Positions 10,801 to 25,800 of a stretch of 64,000 nucleotides of DNA are shown piece by piece. Under the pieces are notes generated by a model that was not told the DNA's origin, made no database searches, and saw only the letters and a list, made by a program, of their open reading frames with translations. Source of the DNA: Tubulanus polymorphus (lineage: Eukaryota > Animalia > Nemertea); contig NC_134027.1 in NCBI RefSeq assembly GCF_964204645.1, forward strand, positions 16,826,560 to 16,890,559, given 5' to 3'. Position 1 is the stretch's first letter; each line of letters starts with the position of its first letter. A program made the translations under genes and the position numbers.

Positions 10801-13800
10801 TTACGCATCGACATTGTCGTTTTTCCGATAGGGGGAATATTTGATACGAAAACGTCTTTTCTCGCGCTGAACGACGTTTTCGGAGCGAAAAGTGCTTTTC
10901 CTGACGATTTGAGCGCTTTTACGCATCGACATTGTCGTTTTTCCGATACGGGGAAAATGTGATGAGAAAACGTCTTTTCTCGCGCTGAACGACGTTTTCG
11001 GGTCGAAATGTGCTTTTCCTGACGATTTGAGCGCTTTTACGCATCGACATCGTCGTTTTTCCGATACGGGGAATATTTGATGAGAAAACGTCTTTTCTCG
11101 CGCTGAACGACGTTTTAGGGTCGAAAAGTGCTTTTCCTGACGATTTGAGCGCTTTTACGCATCGACATTGTCGTTTTTCCGATAGGGGGAATATTTGATA
11201 CGAAAACGTCTTTTCTCGCGCTGAACGACGTTTTCGCGTCGAAAAGTGTTTTTCCTGACGATTTGAGAGTTTTTACGCATCGACATTGTCGTTTTTCCGA
11301 TAGGGGTTATATTTCATACGAAAACGTCTTTTCTCGCGCTGAACGACGTTTTCGCGACGAAAAGTGTTTTTCCTGACGATTTGAGTGCTTTTACGCATCG
11401 ACATTGTCGTTTTTCCGATAGGGGGAATATTGGATACGAAAACGTCTTTTCTCGCGCTGAACGACGTTTTCGGGCCGAAAAGAGCTTTTCCTGACGATTT
11501 GAGCGATTTTACGCATCGACATTGTCGTTTTTCCGGTAGGGGGAATATTTCATACGAAAACGTCTTTTCTCGCGCTGAACGACGTTTTCGCGTCGAAAAG
11601 TGCTTTTCCTGACGATTTGAGAGTTTTTACGCATCGACATTGTCGTTTTTCCGATAGGGGGAATATTGGATACGAAAACGTCTTTTCTCGCGCTGAACGA
11701 CGTTTTCGGGTCGAAAAGTGCTTTTCCTGACGATTTGAGCGCTTTTACGCATCGACATTGTCGTTTTTCCGATAGGGGTTATATTTCATACGAAAACGTC
11801 TTTTCTCGCGCTGAACGACGTTTTCGGGCCGAAAAGAGCTTTTCCTGACGATTTGAGCGCTTTTACGCATCGACATTGTCGTTTTTCCGATATGGGGAAT
11901 ATTCGATACGAAAACGTCTTTTCTCGCGCTGAACGACGTTTTCGGGTCGAAAAGTGCTTTTCCTGACGATTTGAGCGCTTTTACGCATCGACATTGTCGT
12001 TTTTCCGATAGGGGTTATATTTCATACGAAAACGTCTTTTCTCGCGCTGAACGACGTTTTCGCGTCGAAAAGTGCTTTTCCTGACGATTTGAGAGTTTTT
12101 ACGCATCGACATTGTCGTTTTTCCGATAGGGGGAATATTTGATACGAAAACGTCTTTTCTCGCGCTGAACGACGTTTTCGCGTCGAAAAGTGCTTTTCCT
12201 GACGATTCGAGCGCTTTTACGCATCGACATTGTCGTTTTTCCGATAGGGGGAATATTCGATACGAAAACGTCTTTTCTCGCGCTGAACGACGTTTTCGGG
12301 TCGAAAAGTGCTTTTCCTGACGATTTGAGCGCTTTTACGCATCGACATTGTCGTTTTTCCGATAGGGGTTATATTTCATACGAAAACGTCTTTTTTCGCG
12401 CTGAATGACGTTTTCGCATCGAAAAGTGCTTTTCCTGACGATTTGAGCGCTTTTACGCATCGACATTGTCGTTTTTCCGATAGGGGGAATATTTCATACG
12501 AAAACGTCTTTTCTCGCGCTGAACGACGTTTTCGCGTCGAAAAGTGTTTTTCCTGACGATTTGAGAGTTTTTACGCATCGACATTGTCGTTTTTCCGATA
12601 GGGGTTATATTTCATACGAAAACGTCTTTTCTCGCGCTGAACGACGTTTTCGGGTCGAAAAGTGCTTTTCCTGACGATTTGAGCGCTTTTTACGCATCGA
12701 CATTGTCGTTTTTCCGATAGGGGGAATATTTCATACGAAAACGTCTTTTCTCGCGCTGAACGACGTTTTCGCGTCGAAAAGTGTTTTTCCTGACGATTTG
12801 AGAGTTTTTACGCATCGACATTGTCGTTTTTCCGATAGGGGTTATATTTCATACGAAAACGTCTTTTCTCGCGCTGAACGACGTTTTCGGGTCGAAAAGT
12901 GCTTTTCCTGACGATTTGAGCGCTTTTACGCATCGACATTGTCGTTTTTCCGATAGGGGGAATATTTGATACGAAAACGTCTTTTCTCGCGCTGAACGAC
13001 GTTTTCGGGTCGAAATGTGCTTTTCCTGACGATTTGAGCGCTTTTACGCATCGACATTGTCGTTTTTCCGATAGGGGGAATATTTGATACGAAAACGTCT
13101 TTTCTCGCGCTGAACGACGTTTTCGGGTCGAAAAGTGCTTTTCCTGACGATTTGAGCGCTTTTACGCATCGACATTGTCGTTTTTCCGATAGGGGGAATA
13201 TTTGATACGAAAACGTCTTTTCTCGCGCTGAACGACGTTTTCGGAGCGAAAAGTGCTTTTCCTGACGATTTGAGCGCTTTTACGCATCGACATTGTCGTT
13301 TATCCGATACGGGGAGAATGTGATGAGAAAACGTCTTTTCTCGCGCTGAACGACGTTTTCGCGACGAAAAGTGCTTTTCCTGACGATTTGAGCGCTTTTA
13401 CGCATCGACATTGTCGTTTTTCCGATAGGGGGAATATTTGATACGAAAACGTCTTTTCTCGCGCTGAACGACGTTTTCGGAGCGAAAAGTGCTTTTCCTG
13501 GCGATTTGAGCGCTTTTACGCATCGACATTGTCGTTTTTCCGATAGGGGGAATATTTGATACGAAAACGTCTTTTCTCGCGCTGAAAGACGTTTTCGGAG
13601 CGAAAAGTGCTTTTCCTGACGATTTGAGCGCTTTTACGCATCGACATTGTCGTTTTTCCGATAGGGGGAATATTTGATACGAAAACGTCTTTTCTCGCGC
13701 TGAACGACGTTTTCGGGTCGAAAAGTGCTTTTCCTGACGATTTGAGCGCTTTTACGCATCGACATTGTCGTTTTTCCGATAGGGGGAATATTTGATACGA

Positions 13801-16800
13801 AAACGTCTTTTCTCGCGCTGAACGACGTTTTAGGGTCGAAAAGTGCTTTTCCTGACGATTTGAGCGCTTTTACGCATCGACATTGTCGTTTTTCCGATAG
13901 GGGGAATATTTGATACGAAAACGTCTTTTCTCGCGCTGAACGACGTTTTCGGAGCGAAAAGTGCTTTTCCTGACGATTTGAGCGCTTTTACGCATCGACA
14001 TTGTCGTTTATCCGATACGGGGAGAATGTGATGAGAAAACGTCTTTTCTCGCGCTGAACGACGTTTTCGCGACGAAAAGTGCTTTTCCTGACGATTTGAG
14101 CGCTTTTACGCATCGACATTGTCGTTTTTCCGATAGGGGGAATATTTGATACGAAAACGTCTTTTCTCGCGCTGAACGACGTTTTCGGAGCGAAAAGTGC
14201 TTTTCCTGACGATTTGAGCGCTTTTACGCATCGACATTGTCGTTTATCCGATACGGGGAGAATGTGATGAGAAAACGTCTTTTCTCGCGCTGAACGACGT
14301 TTTCGCGACGAAAAGTGCTTTTCCTGACGATTTGAGCGCTTTTACGCATCGACATTGTCGTTTTTCCGATAGGGGGAATATTTGATACGAAAACGTCTTT
14401 TCTCGCGCTGAACGACGTTTTCGGAGCGAAAAGTGCTTTTCCTGGCGATTTGAGCGCTTTTACGCATCGACATTGTCGTTTTTCCGATAGGGGGAATATT
14501 TGATACGAAAACGTCTTTTCTCGCGCTGAACGACGTTTTCGGAGCGAAAAGTGCTTTTCCTGACGATTTGAGCGCTTTTACGCATCGACATTGTCGTTTT
14601 TCCGATAGGGGGAATATTTGATACGAAAACGTCTTTTCTCGCGCTGAACGACGTTTTCGGGTCGAAAAGTGCTTTTCCTGACGATTTGAGCGCTTTTACG
14701 CATCGACATTGTCGTTTTTCCGATAGGGGGAATATTTGATACGAAAACGTCTTTTCTCGCGCTGAACGACGTTTTAGGGTCGAAAAGTGCTTTTCCTGAC
14801 GATTTGAGCGCTTTTACGCATCGACATTGTCGTTTTTCCGATAGGGGGAATATTTGATACGAAAACGTCTTTTCTCGCGCTGAACGACGTTTTCGGAGCG
14901 AAAAGTGCTTTTCCTGACGATTTGAGCGCTTTTACGCATCGACATTGTCGTTTATCCGATACGGGGAGAATGTGATGAGAAAACGTCTTTTCTCGCGCTG
15001 AACGACGTTTTCGCGACGAAAAGTGCTTTTCCTGACGATTTGAGCGCTTTTACGCATCGACATTGTCGTTTTTCCGATAGGGGGAATATTTGATACGAAA
15101 ACGTCTTTTCTCGCGCTGAACGACGTTTTCGGAGCGAAAAGTGCTTTTCCTGACGATTTGAGCGCTTTTACGCATCGACATTGTCGTTTTTCCGATACGG
15201 GGAAAATGTGATGAGAAAACGTCTTTTCTCGCGCTGAACGACGTTTTCGGGTCGAAATGTGCTTTTCCTGACGATTTGAGCGCTTTTACGCATCGACATT
15301 GTCGTTTTTCCGATAGGGGGAATATTTGATACGAAAACGTCTTTTCTCGCGCTGAACGACGTTTTCGGGTCGAAAAGTGCTTTTCCTGACGATTTGAGCG
15401 CTTTTACGCATCGACATTGTCGTTTTTCCGATAGGGGGAATATTTGATACGAAAACGTCTTTTCTCGCGCTGAACGACGTTTTCGGAGCGAAAAGTGCTT
15501 TTCCTGACGATTTGAGCGCTTTTACGCATCGACATTGTCGTTTATCCGATACGGGGAGAATGTGATGAGAAAACGTCTTTTCTCGCGCTGAACGACGTTT
15601 TCGCGACGAAAAGTGCTTTTCCTGACGATTTGAGCGCTTTTACGCATCGACATTGTCGTTTTTCCGATAGGGGGAATATTTGATACGAAAACGTCTTTTC
15701 TCGCGCTGAACGACGTTTTCGGAGCGAAAAGTGCTTTTCCTGACGATTTGAGCGCTTTTACGCATCGACATTGTCGTTTATCCGATACGGGGAGAATGTG
15801 ATGAGAAAACGTCTTTTCTCGCGCTGAACGACGTTTTCGCGACGAAAAGTGCTTTTCCTGACGATTTGAGCGCTTTTACGCATCGACATTGTCGTTTTTC
15901 CGATAGGGGGAATATTTGATACGAAAACGTCTTTTCTCGCGCTGAACGACGTTTTCGGGTCGAAAAGTGCTTTTCCTGACGATTTGAGCGCTTTTACGCA
16001 TCGACATTGTCGTTTTTCCGATAGGGGGAATATTTGATACGAAAACGTCTTTTCTTGCGCTGAACGACGTTTTCGGGTCGAAATGTGCTTTTCCTGACGA
16101 TTTGAGCGCTTTTACGCATCGACATTGTCGTTTTTCCGATAGGGGGAATATTTGATACGAAAACGTCTTTTCTCGCGCTGAACGACGTTTTCGGGTCGAA
16201 AAGTGCTTTTCCTGACGATTTGAGCGCTTTTACGCATCGACATTGTCGTTTTTCCGATAGGGGGAATATTTGATACGAAAACGTCTTTTCTCGCGCTGAA
16301 CGACGTTTTCGGAGCGAAAAGTGCTTTTCCTGACGATTTGAGCGCTTTTACGCATCGACATTGTCGTTTATCCGATACGGGGAGAATGTGATGAGAAAAC
16401 GTCTTTTCTCGCGCTGAACGACGTTTTCGCGACGAAAAGTGCTTTTCCTGACGATTTGAGCGCTTTTACGCATCGACATTGTCGTTTTTCCGATAGGGGG
16501 AATATTTGATACGAAAACGTCTTTTCTCGCGCTGAACGACGTTTTCGGAGCGAAAAGTGCTTTTCCTGGCGATTTGAGCGCTTTTACGCATCGACATTGT
16601 CGTTTTTCCGATAGGGGGAATATTTGATACGAAAACGTCTTTTCTCGCGCTGAACGACGTTTTCGGAGCGAAAAGTGCTTTTCCTGACGATTTGAGCGCT
16701 TTTACGCATCGACATTGTCGTTTTTCCGATAGGGGGAATATTTGATACGAAAACGTCTTTTCTCGCGCTGAACGACGTTTTCGGGTCGAAAAGTGCTTTT

Positions 16801-19800
16801 CCTGACGATTTGAGCGCTTTTACGCATCGACATTGTCGTTTTTCCGATAGGGGGAATATTTGATACGAAAACGTCTTTTCTCGCGCTGAACGACGTTTTC
16901 GGTTCGAAAAGAGCATTTCCTGACGATTCGAGCGCTTTTACGCATCGACATTGTCGTTTTTCCGATAGGGGTAATATTTCATACGAAAACGTCTTTTCTC
17001 GCGCTGAACGACGTTTTCGGGTCGAAAAGTGCTTTTCCTGACGATTTGAGCGCTTTTACGCATCGACATTGTCGTTTTTCCGATAGGGGGAATATTTGAT
17101 ACGAAAACGTCTTTTCTCGCGCTGAACGACGTTTTCGCGTCGAAAAGTGCTTTTCCTGACGATTTGAGCGCTTTTACGCATGGACATTGTCGTTTTTCCG
17201 ATAGGGGTTATATTTCATACGAAAACGTCTTTTCTCGCGCTGAACGACGTTTTCGCGTCGAAAAGTGTTTTTTCCTGACGATTTGAGTGCTTTTACGCAT
17301 CGACATTGTCGTTTTTCCGATAGGGGTTATATTTCATACGAAAACGTCTTTTCTCGCGCTGAACGACGTTTTCGCGTCGAAAAGTGTTTTTCCTGACGAT
17401 TTGAGTGCTTTTACGCATCGACATTGTCGTTTTTCCGATAGGGGTTATATTTCATACGAAAACGTCTTTTCTCGCGCTGAACGACGTTTTCGGGTCGAAA
17501 AGTGCTTTTCCTGACGATTTGAGCGCTTTTACGCATCGACATTGTCGGTTTTTTCCGATAGGGGGAATATTTCATACGAAAACGTCTTTGCTCGCGCTGA
17601 CCTACGTTTTCGCGTCGAAAGTGCTTTTCCTGACGATTTGAGCGCTTTTACGCATCGACATTGTCGTTTTTCCGATAGGGGTTATATTTCATACGAAAAC
17701 GTCTTTTCTCGCGCTGAACGACGTTTTCGGTTCGAAAGAGCTTTTCCTGACGATTTGAGCGCTTTACGCATCGACATTGTCGTTTTTCCGATAGGGGTTA
17801 TATTTCATACGAAAACGTCTTTTCTCGCGCTGAACGACGTTACGTTTTCTGGCCGAAAAGAGCTTTTCCTGACGATTTGAGCGCTTTTACGCATCGACAT
17901 TGTCGTTTTTCCGATAGGGGGAATATTTCATACGAAAACGTCTTTTCTCGCGCTGAACGACGTTTTCGCGTCGAAAAGTGTTTTTCCTGACGATTCGAGC
18001 GCTTTTACGCATCGACATTGTCGTTTTTCCGATAGGGGGAATATTGGATACGAAAAACGTCTTTTCTCGCGCTGAACGACGTTTTCGGGTCGAAAAGTGC
18101 TTTTCCTGACGATTCGAGCGCGTTTACGCATCGACATTGTCGTTTTTCCGATAGGGGGAATATTCGATACGAAAACGTCTTTTCTCGCGCTGAACGACGT
18201 TTTCGGGTCGAAAAGTGCTTTTCCTGACGATTTGAGCGCTTTTACGCATCGACATTGTCGTTTTTCCGATAGGGGGAATATTTGATACGAAAACGTCTTT
18301 TCTCGCGCTGAACGACGTTTTCGGAGCGAAAAGTGCTTTTCCTGACGATTTGAGCGCTTTTACGCATCGACATTGTCGTTTATCCGATACGGGGAGAATG
18401 TGATGAGAAAACGTCTTTTCTCGCGCTGAACGACGTTTTCGCGACGAAAAGTGCTTTTCCTGACGATTTGAGCGCTTTTACGCATCGACATTGTCGTTTT
18501 TCCGATAGGGGGAATATTTGATACGAAAACGTCTTTTCTCGCGCTGAACGACGTTTTCGGGTCGAAAAGTGCTTTTCCTGACGATTTGAGCGCTTTTACG
18601 CATCGACATTGTCGTTTTTTCCGATAGGGGGAATATTTGATACGAAAACGTCTTTTCTTGCGCTGAACGACGTTTTCGGGTCGAAATGTGCTTTTCCTGA
18701 CGATTTGAGCGCTTTTACGCATCGACATTGTCGTTTTTCCGATAGGGGGAATATTTGATACGAAAACGTCTTTTCTCGCGCTGAACGACGTTTTCGGGTC
18801 GAAAAGTGCTTTTCCTGACGATTTGAGCGCTTTTTACGCATCGACATTGTCGTTTTCCGATAGGGGGAATATTTGATACGAAAACGTCTTTTCTCGCGCT
18901 GAACGACGTTTTCGGAGCGAAAAGTGCTTTTCCTGACGATTTGAGCGCTTTTACGCATCGACATTGTCGTTTATCCGATACGGGGAGAATGTGATGAGAA
19001 AACGTCTTTTCTCGCGCTGAACGACGTTTTCGCGACGAAAAGTGCTTTTCCTGACGATTTGAGCGCTTTTACGCATCGACATTGTCGTTTTTCCGATAGG
19101 GGGAATATTTGATACGAAAACGTCTTTTCTCGCGCTGAACGACGTTTTCGGAGCGAAAAGTGCTTTTCCTGGCGATTTGAGCGCTTTTACGCATCGACAT
19201 TGTCGTTTTTCCGATAGGGGAATATTTGATACGAAAACGTCTTTTCTCGCGCTGAACGACGTTTTCGGAGCGAAAAGTGCTTTTCCTGACGATTTGAGCG
19301 CTTTTACGCATCGACATTGTCGTTTTTCCGATAGGGGGAATATTTGATACGAAAACGTCTTTTCTCGCGCTGAACGACGTTTTCGGGTCGAAAAGTGCTT
19401 TTCCTGACGATTTGAGCGCTTTTACGCATCGACATTGTCGTTTTTCCGATAGGGGGAATATTTGATACGAAAACGTCTTTTCTCGCGCTGAACGACGTTT
19501 TCGGTTCGAAAAGAGCATTTCCTGACGATTCGAGCGCTTTTACGCATCGACATTGTCGTTTTTCCGATAGGGGTAATATTTCATACGAAAACGTCTTTTC
19601 TCGCGCTGAACGACGTTTTCGGGTCGAAAAGTGCTTTTCCTGACGATTTGAGCGCTTTTACGCATCGACATTGTCGTTTTTCCGATAGGGGGAATATTTG
19701 ATACGAAAACGTCTTTTCTCGCGCTGAACGACGTTTTCGCGTCGAAAAGTGCTTTTCCTGACGATTTGAGCGCTTTTACGCATGGACATTGTCGTTTTTC

Positions 19801-22800
19801 CGATAGGGGTTATATTTCATACGAAAACGTCTTTTCTCGCGCTGAACGACGTTTTCGCGTCGAAAAGTGTTTTTCCTGACGATTTGAGTGCTTTTACGCA
19901 TCGACATTGTCGTTTTTCCGATAGGGGTTATATTTCATACGAAAACGTCTTTTCTCGCGCTGAACGACGTTTTCGCGTCGAAAAGTGTTTTTCCTGACGA
20001 TTTGAGTGCTTTTACGCATCGACATTGTCGTTTTTCCGATAGGGGTTATATTTCATACGAAAACGTCTTTTCTCGCGCTGAACGACGTTTTCGGGTCGAA
20101 AAGTGCTTTTCCTGACGATTTGAGCGCTTTTACGCATCGACATTGTCGGTTTTTCCGATAGGGGGAATATTTCATACGAAAACGTCTTTGCTCGCGCTGA
20201 CCTACGTTTTCGCGTCGAAAGTGCTTTTCCTGACGATTTGAGCGCTTTTACGCATCGACATTGTCGTTTTTCCGATAGGGGTTATATTTCATACGAAAAC
20301 GTCTTTTCTCGCGCTGAACGACGTTTTCGGTTCGAAAAGAGCTTTTCCTGACGATTTGAGCGCTTTTACGCATCGACATTGTCGTTTTTCCGATAGGGGT
20401 TATATTTCATACGAAAACGTCTTTTCTCGCGCTGAACGACGTTACGTTTTCTGGCCGAAAAGAGCTTTTCCTGACGATTTGAGCGCTTTTACGCATCGAC
20501 ATTGTCGTTTTTCCGATAGGGGTTATATTTCATAACGAAAACGTCTTTTTTCGCGCTAAATGACGTTTTCGCATCGAAAAGTGCTTTTCCTGACGATTTG
20601 AGCGCTTTTACGCATCGACATTGTCGTTTTTCCGATAGGGGGAATATTTGATACGAAAACGTCTTTTCCTCGCGCTGAACGACGTTTTCGGGTCGAAAAG
20701 TGCTTTTCCTGACGATTTGAGCGCTCTACGCATCGACATTGTCGTTTTTCCGATAGGGGTTATATTTCATAACGAAAACGTCTTTTTTCGCGCTAAATGA
20801 CGTTTTCGCATCGAAAAGTGCTTTTCCTGACGATTTGAGCGCTTTTACGCATCGACATTGTCGTTTTTCCGATAGGGGGAATATTTCATACGAAAACGTC
20901 TTTTCTCGCGCTGAACGACGTTTTCGGTTCGAAAAGAGCTTTTCCTGACGATTTGAGCGCTTTTACGCATCGACATTGTCGTTTTTCCGATAGGGGTTAT
21001 ATTTCATACGAAAACGTCTTTTCTCGCGCTGAACGACGTTAAGTTTTCTGGCCGAAAAGACTTTTCCTGACGATTTGAGCGCTTTTACGCATCGACATTG
21101 TCGTTTTTCCGATAGGGGGAATATTTGATACGAAAACGTCTTTTCTCGCGCTGAACGACGTTTTCGCGTCGAAAAGTGTTTTTCCTGACGATTCGAGCGC
21201 TTTTACGCATCGACATTGTCGTTTTTCCGATAGGGGGAATATTGGATACGAAAACGTCTTTTCTCGTGCTGAACGACGTTTTCGGGTCGAAAAGTGCTTT
21301 TCCTGACGATTCGAGCGCGTTTACGCATCGACATTGTCGTTTTTCCGATAGGGGGAATATTCGATACGAAAACGTCTTTTCTCGCGCTGAACGACGTTTT
21401 CGGGTCGAAAAGTGCTTTTCCCTGACGATTTGAGCGCTTTTACGCATCGACATTGTCGTTTTTCAGATAGGGGTTATATTTCATAACGAAAACGTCTTTT
21501 TTCGCGCTAAATGACGTTTTCGCATCGAAAAGTGCTTTTCCTGACGATTTGAGCGCTTTTACGCATCGACATTGTCGTTTTTTTCCGATAGGGGGAATAT
21601 TTGATACGAAAACGTCTTTTCTCGCGCTGAACGACGTTTTCGGGTCGAAAAGTGCTTTTCCTGACGATTTGAGCGCTTTTACGCATCGACATTGTCGTTT
21701 TTCCGATAGGGGGAATATTTGATACGAAAACGTCTTTTCTCGCGCTGAACGACGTTTTCGGGTCGAAAAGTGCTTTTCCTGACGATTTGAGCGCTTTTAC
21801 GCATCGACATTGTCGTTTTTCCGATAGGGGTTATATTTCATACGAAAACGTCTTTTCTCGCGCTGAACGACGTTTTCGGTTCGAAAAGAGCTTTTCCTGA
21901 CGATTTGAGCGCTTTTACGCATCGACATTGTCGTTTTTCCGATAGGGGTTATATTTCATACGAAAACGTCTTTTCTCGCGCTGAACGACGTTACGTTTTC
22001 GGGCCGAAAAGAGCTTTTCCTGACGATTTGAGCGCTTTTACGCATGGACATTGTCGTTTTTCCGATAGGGGGAATATTTCATACGAAAACGTCTTTTCTC
22101 GCGCTGAACGACGTCTTCGCGTCGAAAAGTGTTTTTCCTGACGATTCGAGCGCTTTTACGCATCGACATTGTCGTTTTTCCGATAGGGGTTATATTTCAT
22201 ACGAAAACGTCTTTTCTCGCGCTGAACGACGTTTTCGGGTCGAAAAGTGCTTTTCCTGACGATTTGAGCGCTTTTACGCATCGACATTGTCGTTTTTCCG
22301 ATAGGGGTTATATTTCATAACGAAAACGTCTTTTTTCGCGCTGAATGACGTTTTCGCATCGAAAAGTGCTTTTCCTGACGATTTGAGCGCTTTTACGCAT
22401 CGACATTGTCGTTTTTCCGATAGGGGGAATATTTGATACGAAAACGTCTTTTCTCGCGCTGAACGACGTTTTCGGGTCGAAAAGTGCTTTTCCTGACGAT
22501 TTGAGCGCTTTTACGCATCGACATTGTCGTTTTTCCGATAGGGGTTATATTTCATACGAAAACGTCTTTTCTCGCGCTGAACGACGTTTTCGGGTCGAAA
22601 AGTGCTTTTCCTGACGATTTGAGCGCTTTTAAGCATCGACATTGTCGTTTTTCCGATAGGGGGAATATTTGATACGAAAACGTCTTTTCTCGCGCTGAAC
22701 GACGTTTTCGGGTCGAAAAGTGCTTTTCCTGACGATTTGAGCGCTTTTACGCATCGACATTGTCGTTTTTCCGATACGGGGAATATTTGATACGAAAACG

Positions 22801-25800
22801 TCTTTTCTCGCGCTGAACGACGTTTTCGCGACGAAAATTGCTTTTCCTGACGATTTGAGCGCTTTTACGCATCGACATTGTCGTTTTTCCGATAGGGGGA
22901 ATATTTGATACGAAAACTTCTTTTCTCGCGCTGAACGACGTTTTCGGGTCGAAAAGTGCTTTTCCTGACGATTTGAGCGCTTTTACGCATCGACATTGTC
23001 GTTTTTCCGATAGGGGGAATATTTGATACGAAAACGTCTTTTCTCGCGCTGAACGACGTTTTCGGTTCGAAAAGAGCATTTCCTGACGATTCGAGCGCTT
23101 TTACGCATCGACATTGTCGTTTTTCCGATAGGGGTTATATTTCATACGAAAACGTCTTTTCTCGCGCTGAACGACGTTTTCGGGTCGAAAAGTGCTTTTC
23201 CTGACGATTTGAGCGCTTTTACGCATCGACATTGTCGTTTTTCCGATAGGGGGAATATTTCATACGAAAACGTCTTTTCTCGCGCTGAACGACGTTTTCG
23301 CGTCGAAAAGTGTTTTTCCTGACGATTTGAGAGTTTTTACGCATCGACATTGTCGTTTTTCCGATAGGGGTTATATTTCATACGAAAACGTCTTTTCTCG
23401 CGCTGAACGACGTTTTCGCGACGAAAAGTGTTTTTCCTGACGATTTGAGTGCTTTTACGCATCGACATTGTCGTTTTTCCGATAGGGGGAATATTGGATA
23501 CGAAAACGTCTTTTCTCGCGCTGAACGACGTTTTCGGGCCGAAAAGAGCTTTTCCTGACGATTTGAGCGATTTTACGCATCGACATTGTCGTTTTTCCGG
23601 TAGGGGGAATATTTCATACGAAAACGTCTTTTCTCGCGCTGAACGACGTTTTCGCGTCGAAAAGTGCTTTTCCTGACGATTTGAGAGTTTTTACGCATCG
23701 ACATTGTCGTTTTTCCGATAGGGGGAATATTGGATACGAAAACGTCTTTTCTCGCGCTGAACGACGTTTTCGGGTCGAAAAGTGCTTTTCCTGACGATTT
23801 GAGCGCTTTTACGCATCGACATTGTCGTTTTTCCGATAGGGGTTATATTTCATACGAAAACGTCTTTTCTCGCGCTGAACGACGTTTTCGGGCCGAAAAG
23901 AGCTTTTCCTGACGATTTGAGCGCTTTTACGCATCGACATTGTCGTTTTTCCGATATGGGGAATATTCGATACGAAAACGTCTTTTCTCGCGCTGAACGA
24001 CGTTTTCGGGTCGAAAAGTGCTTTTCCTGACGATTTGAGCGCTTTTACGCATCGACATTGTCGTTTTTCCGATAGGGGTTATATTTCATACGAAAACGTC
24101 TTTTCTCGCGCTGAACGACGTTTTCGCGTCGAAAAGTGCTTTTCCTGACGATTTGAGAGTTTTTACGCATCGACATTGTCGTTTTTCCGATAGGGGGAAT
24201 ATTTGATACGAAAACGTCTTTTCTCGCGCTGAACGACGTTTTCGCGTCGAAAAGTGCTTTTCCTGACGATTCGAGCGCTTTTACGCATCGACATTGTCGT
24301 TTTTCCGATAGGGGGAATATTCGATACGAAAACGTCTTTTCTCGCGCTGAACGACGTTTTCGGGTCGAAAAGTGCTTTTCCTGACGATTTGAGAGTTTTT
24401 ACGCATCGACATTGTCGTTTTTCCGATAGGGGGAATATTTGATACGAAAACGTCTTTTCTCGCGCTGAACGACGTTTTCGCGTCGAAAAGTGCTTTTCCT
24501 GACGATTCGAGCGCTTTTACGCATCGACATTGTCGTTTTTCCGATAGGGGGAATATTCGATACGAAAACGTCTTTTCTCGCGCTGAACGACGTTTTCGGG
24601 TCGAAAAGTGCTTTTCCTGACGATTTGAGCGCTTTTACGCATCGACATTGTCGTTTTTCCGATAGGGGTTATATTTCATACGAAAACGTCTTTTTTCGCG
24701 CTGAATGACGTTTTCGCATCGAAAAGTGCTTTTCCTGACGATTTGAGCGCTTTTACGCATCGACATTGTCGTTTTTCCGATAGGGGGAATATTTCATACG
24801 AAAACGTCTTTTCTCGCGCTGAACGACGTTTTCGCGTCGAAAAGTGTTTTTCCTGACGATTTGAGAGTTTTTACGCATCGACATTGTCGTTTTTCCGATA
24901 GGGGTTATATTTCATACGAAAACCTCTTTTCTCGCGCTGAACGACGTTTTCGGGTCGAAAAGTGCTTTTCCTGACGATTTGAGCGCTTTTACGCATCGAC
25001 ATTGTCGTTTTTCCGATAGGGGGAATATTTCATACGAAAACGTCTTTTCTCGCGCTGAACGACGTTACGTTTTCGGGCCGAAAAGAGCTTTTCCTGACGA
25101 TTTGAGCGCTTTTACGCATCGACATTGTCGTTTTTCCGATACGGGGAAAATGTGATGAGAAAACGTCTTTTCTCGCGCTGAACGACGTTTTCGCATCGAA
25201 AAGTGCTTTTCCTGACGATTTGAGCGCTTTTACGCATCGACATTGTCGTTTTTCCGATAGGGGGAATATTTGATACGAAAACGTCTTTTCTCGCGCTGAA
25301 CGACGTTTTCGGGTCGAAAAGTGCTTTTCCTGACGATTTGAGCGCTTTTACGCATCGACATTGTCGTTTTTCCGATAGGGGTTATATTTCATACGAAAAC
25401 GTCTTTTCTCGCGCTGAACGACGTTTTCGGGTCGAAAAATGTTTTTCCTGACGATTTGAGCGCTTTTACGCATCGACATTGTCGTTTTTCCGATAGGGGT
25501 TATATTTCATACGAAAACGTCTTTTCTCGCGCTGAACGACGTTTTCGGGTCGAAAAGTCATTTTCCTGACGATTTGAGCGCTTTTACGCATCGACATTGT
25601 CGTTTTTCCGATAGGGGGAATATTCGATATGAAAACGTCTTTTCTCGCGCTGAACGACGTTTTCGGGTCGAAAAGTGCTTTTCCTGACGATTTGAGCGCT
25701 TTTACGCATCGACATTGTCGTTTTTCCGATAGGGGTTATATTTCATACGAAAACGTCTTTTCTCGCGCTGAACGACGTTTTCGCGTCGAAAAGTGTTTTT

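Noticed and set aside
17270-21600. Cluster of 1-bp homopolymer indels in satellite monomers as biological divergence
   Set aside because: Pattern fits low-coverage long-read consensus error; cannot be distinguished without reads
306-24708. Dozens of 60-150 aa ORFs in the satellite
   Set aside because: Chance translations of the 118-bp repeat in rotating frames; no coding signal
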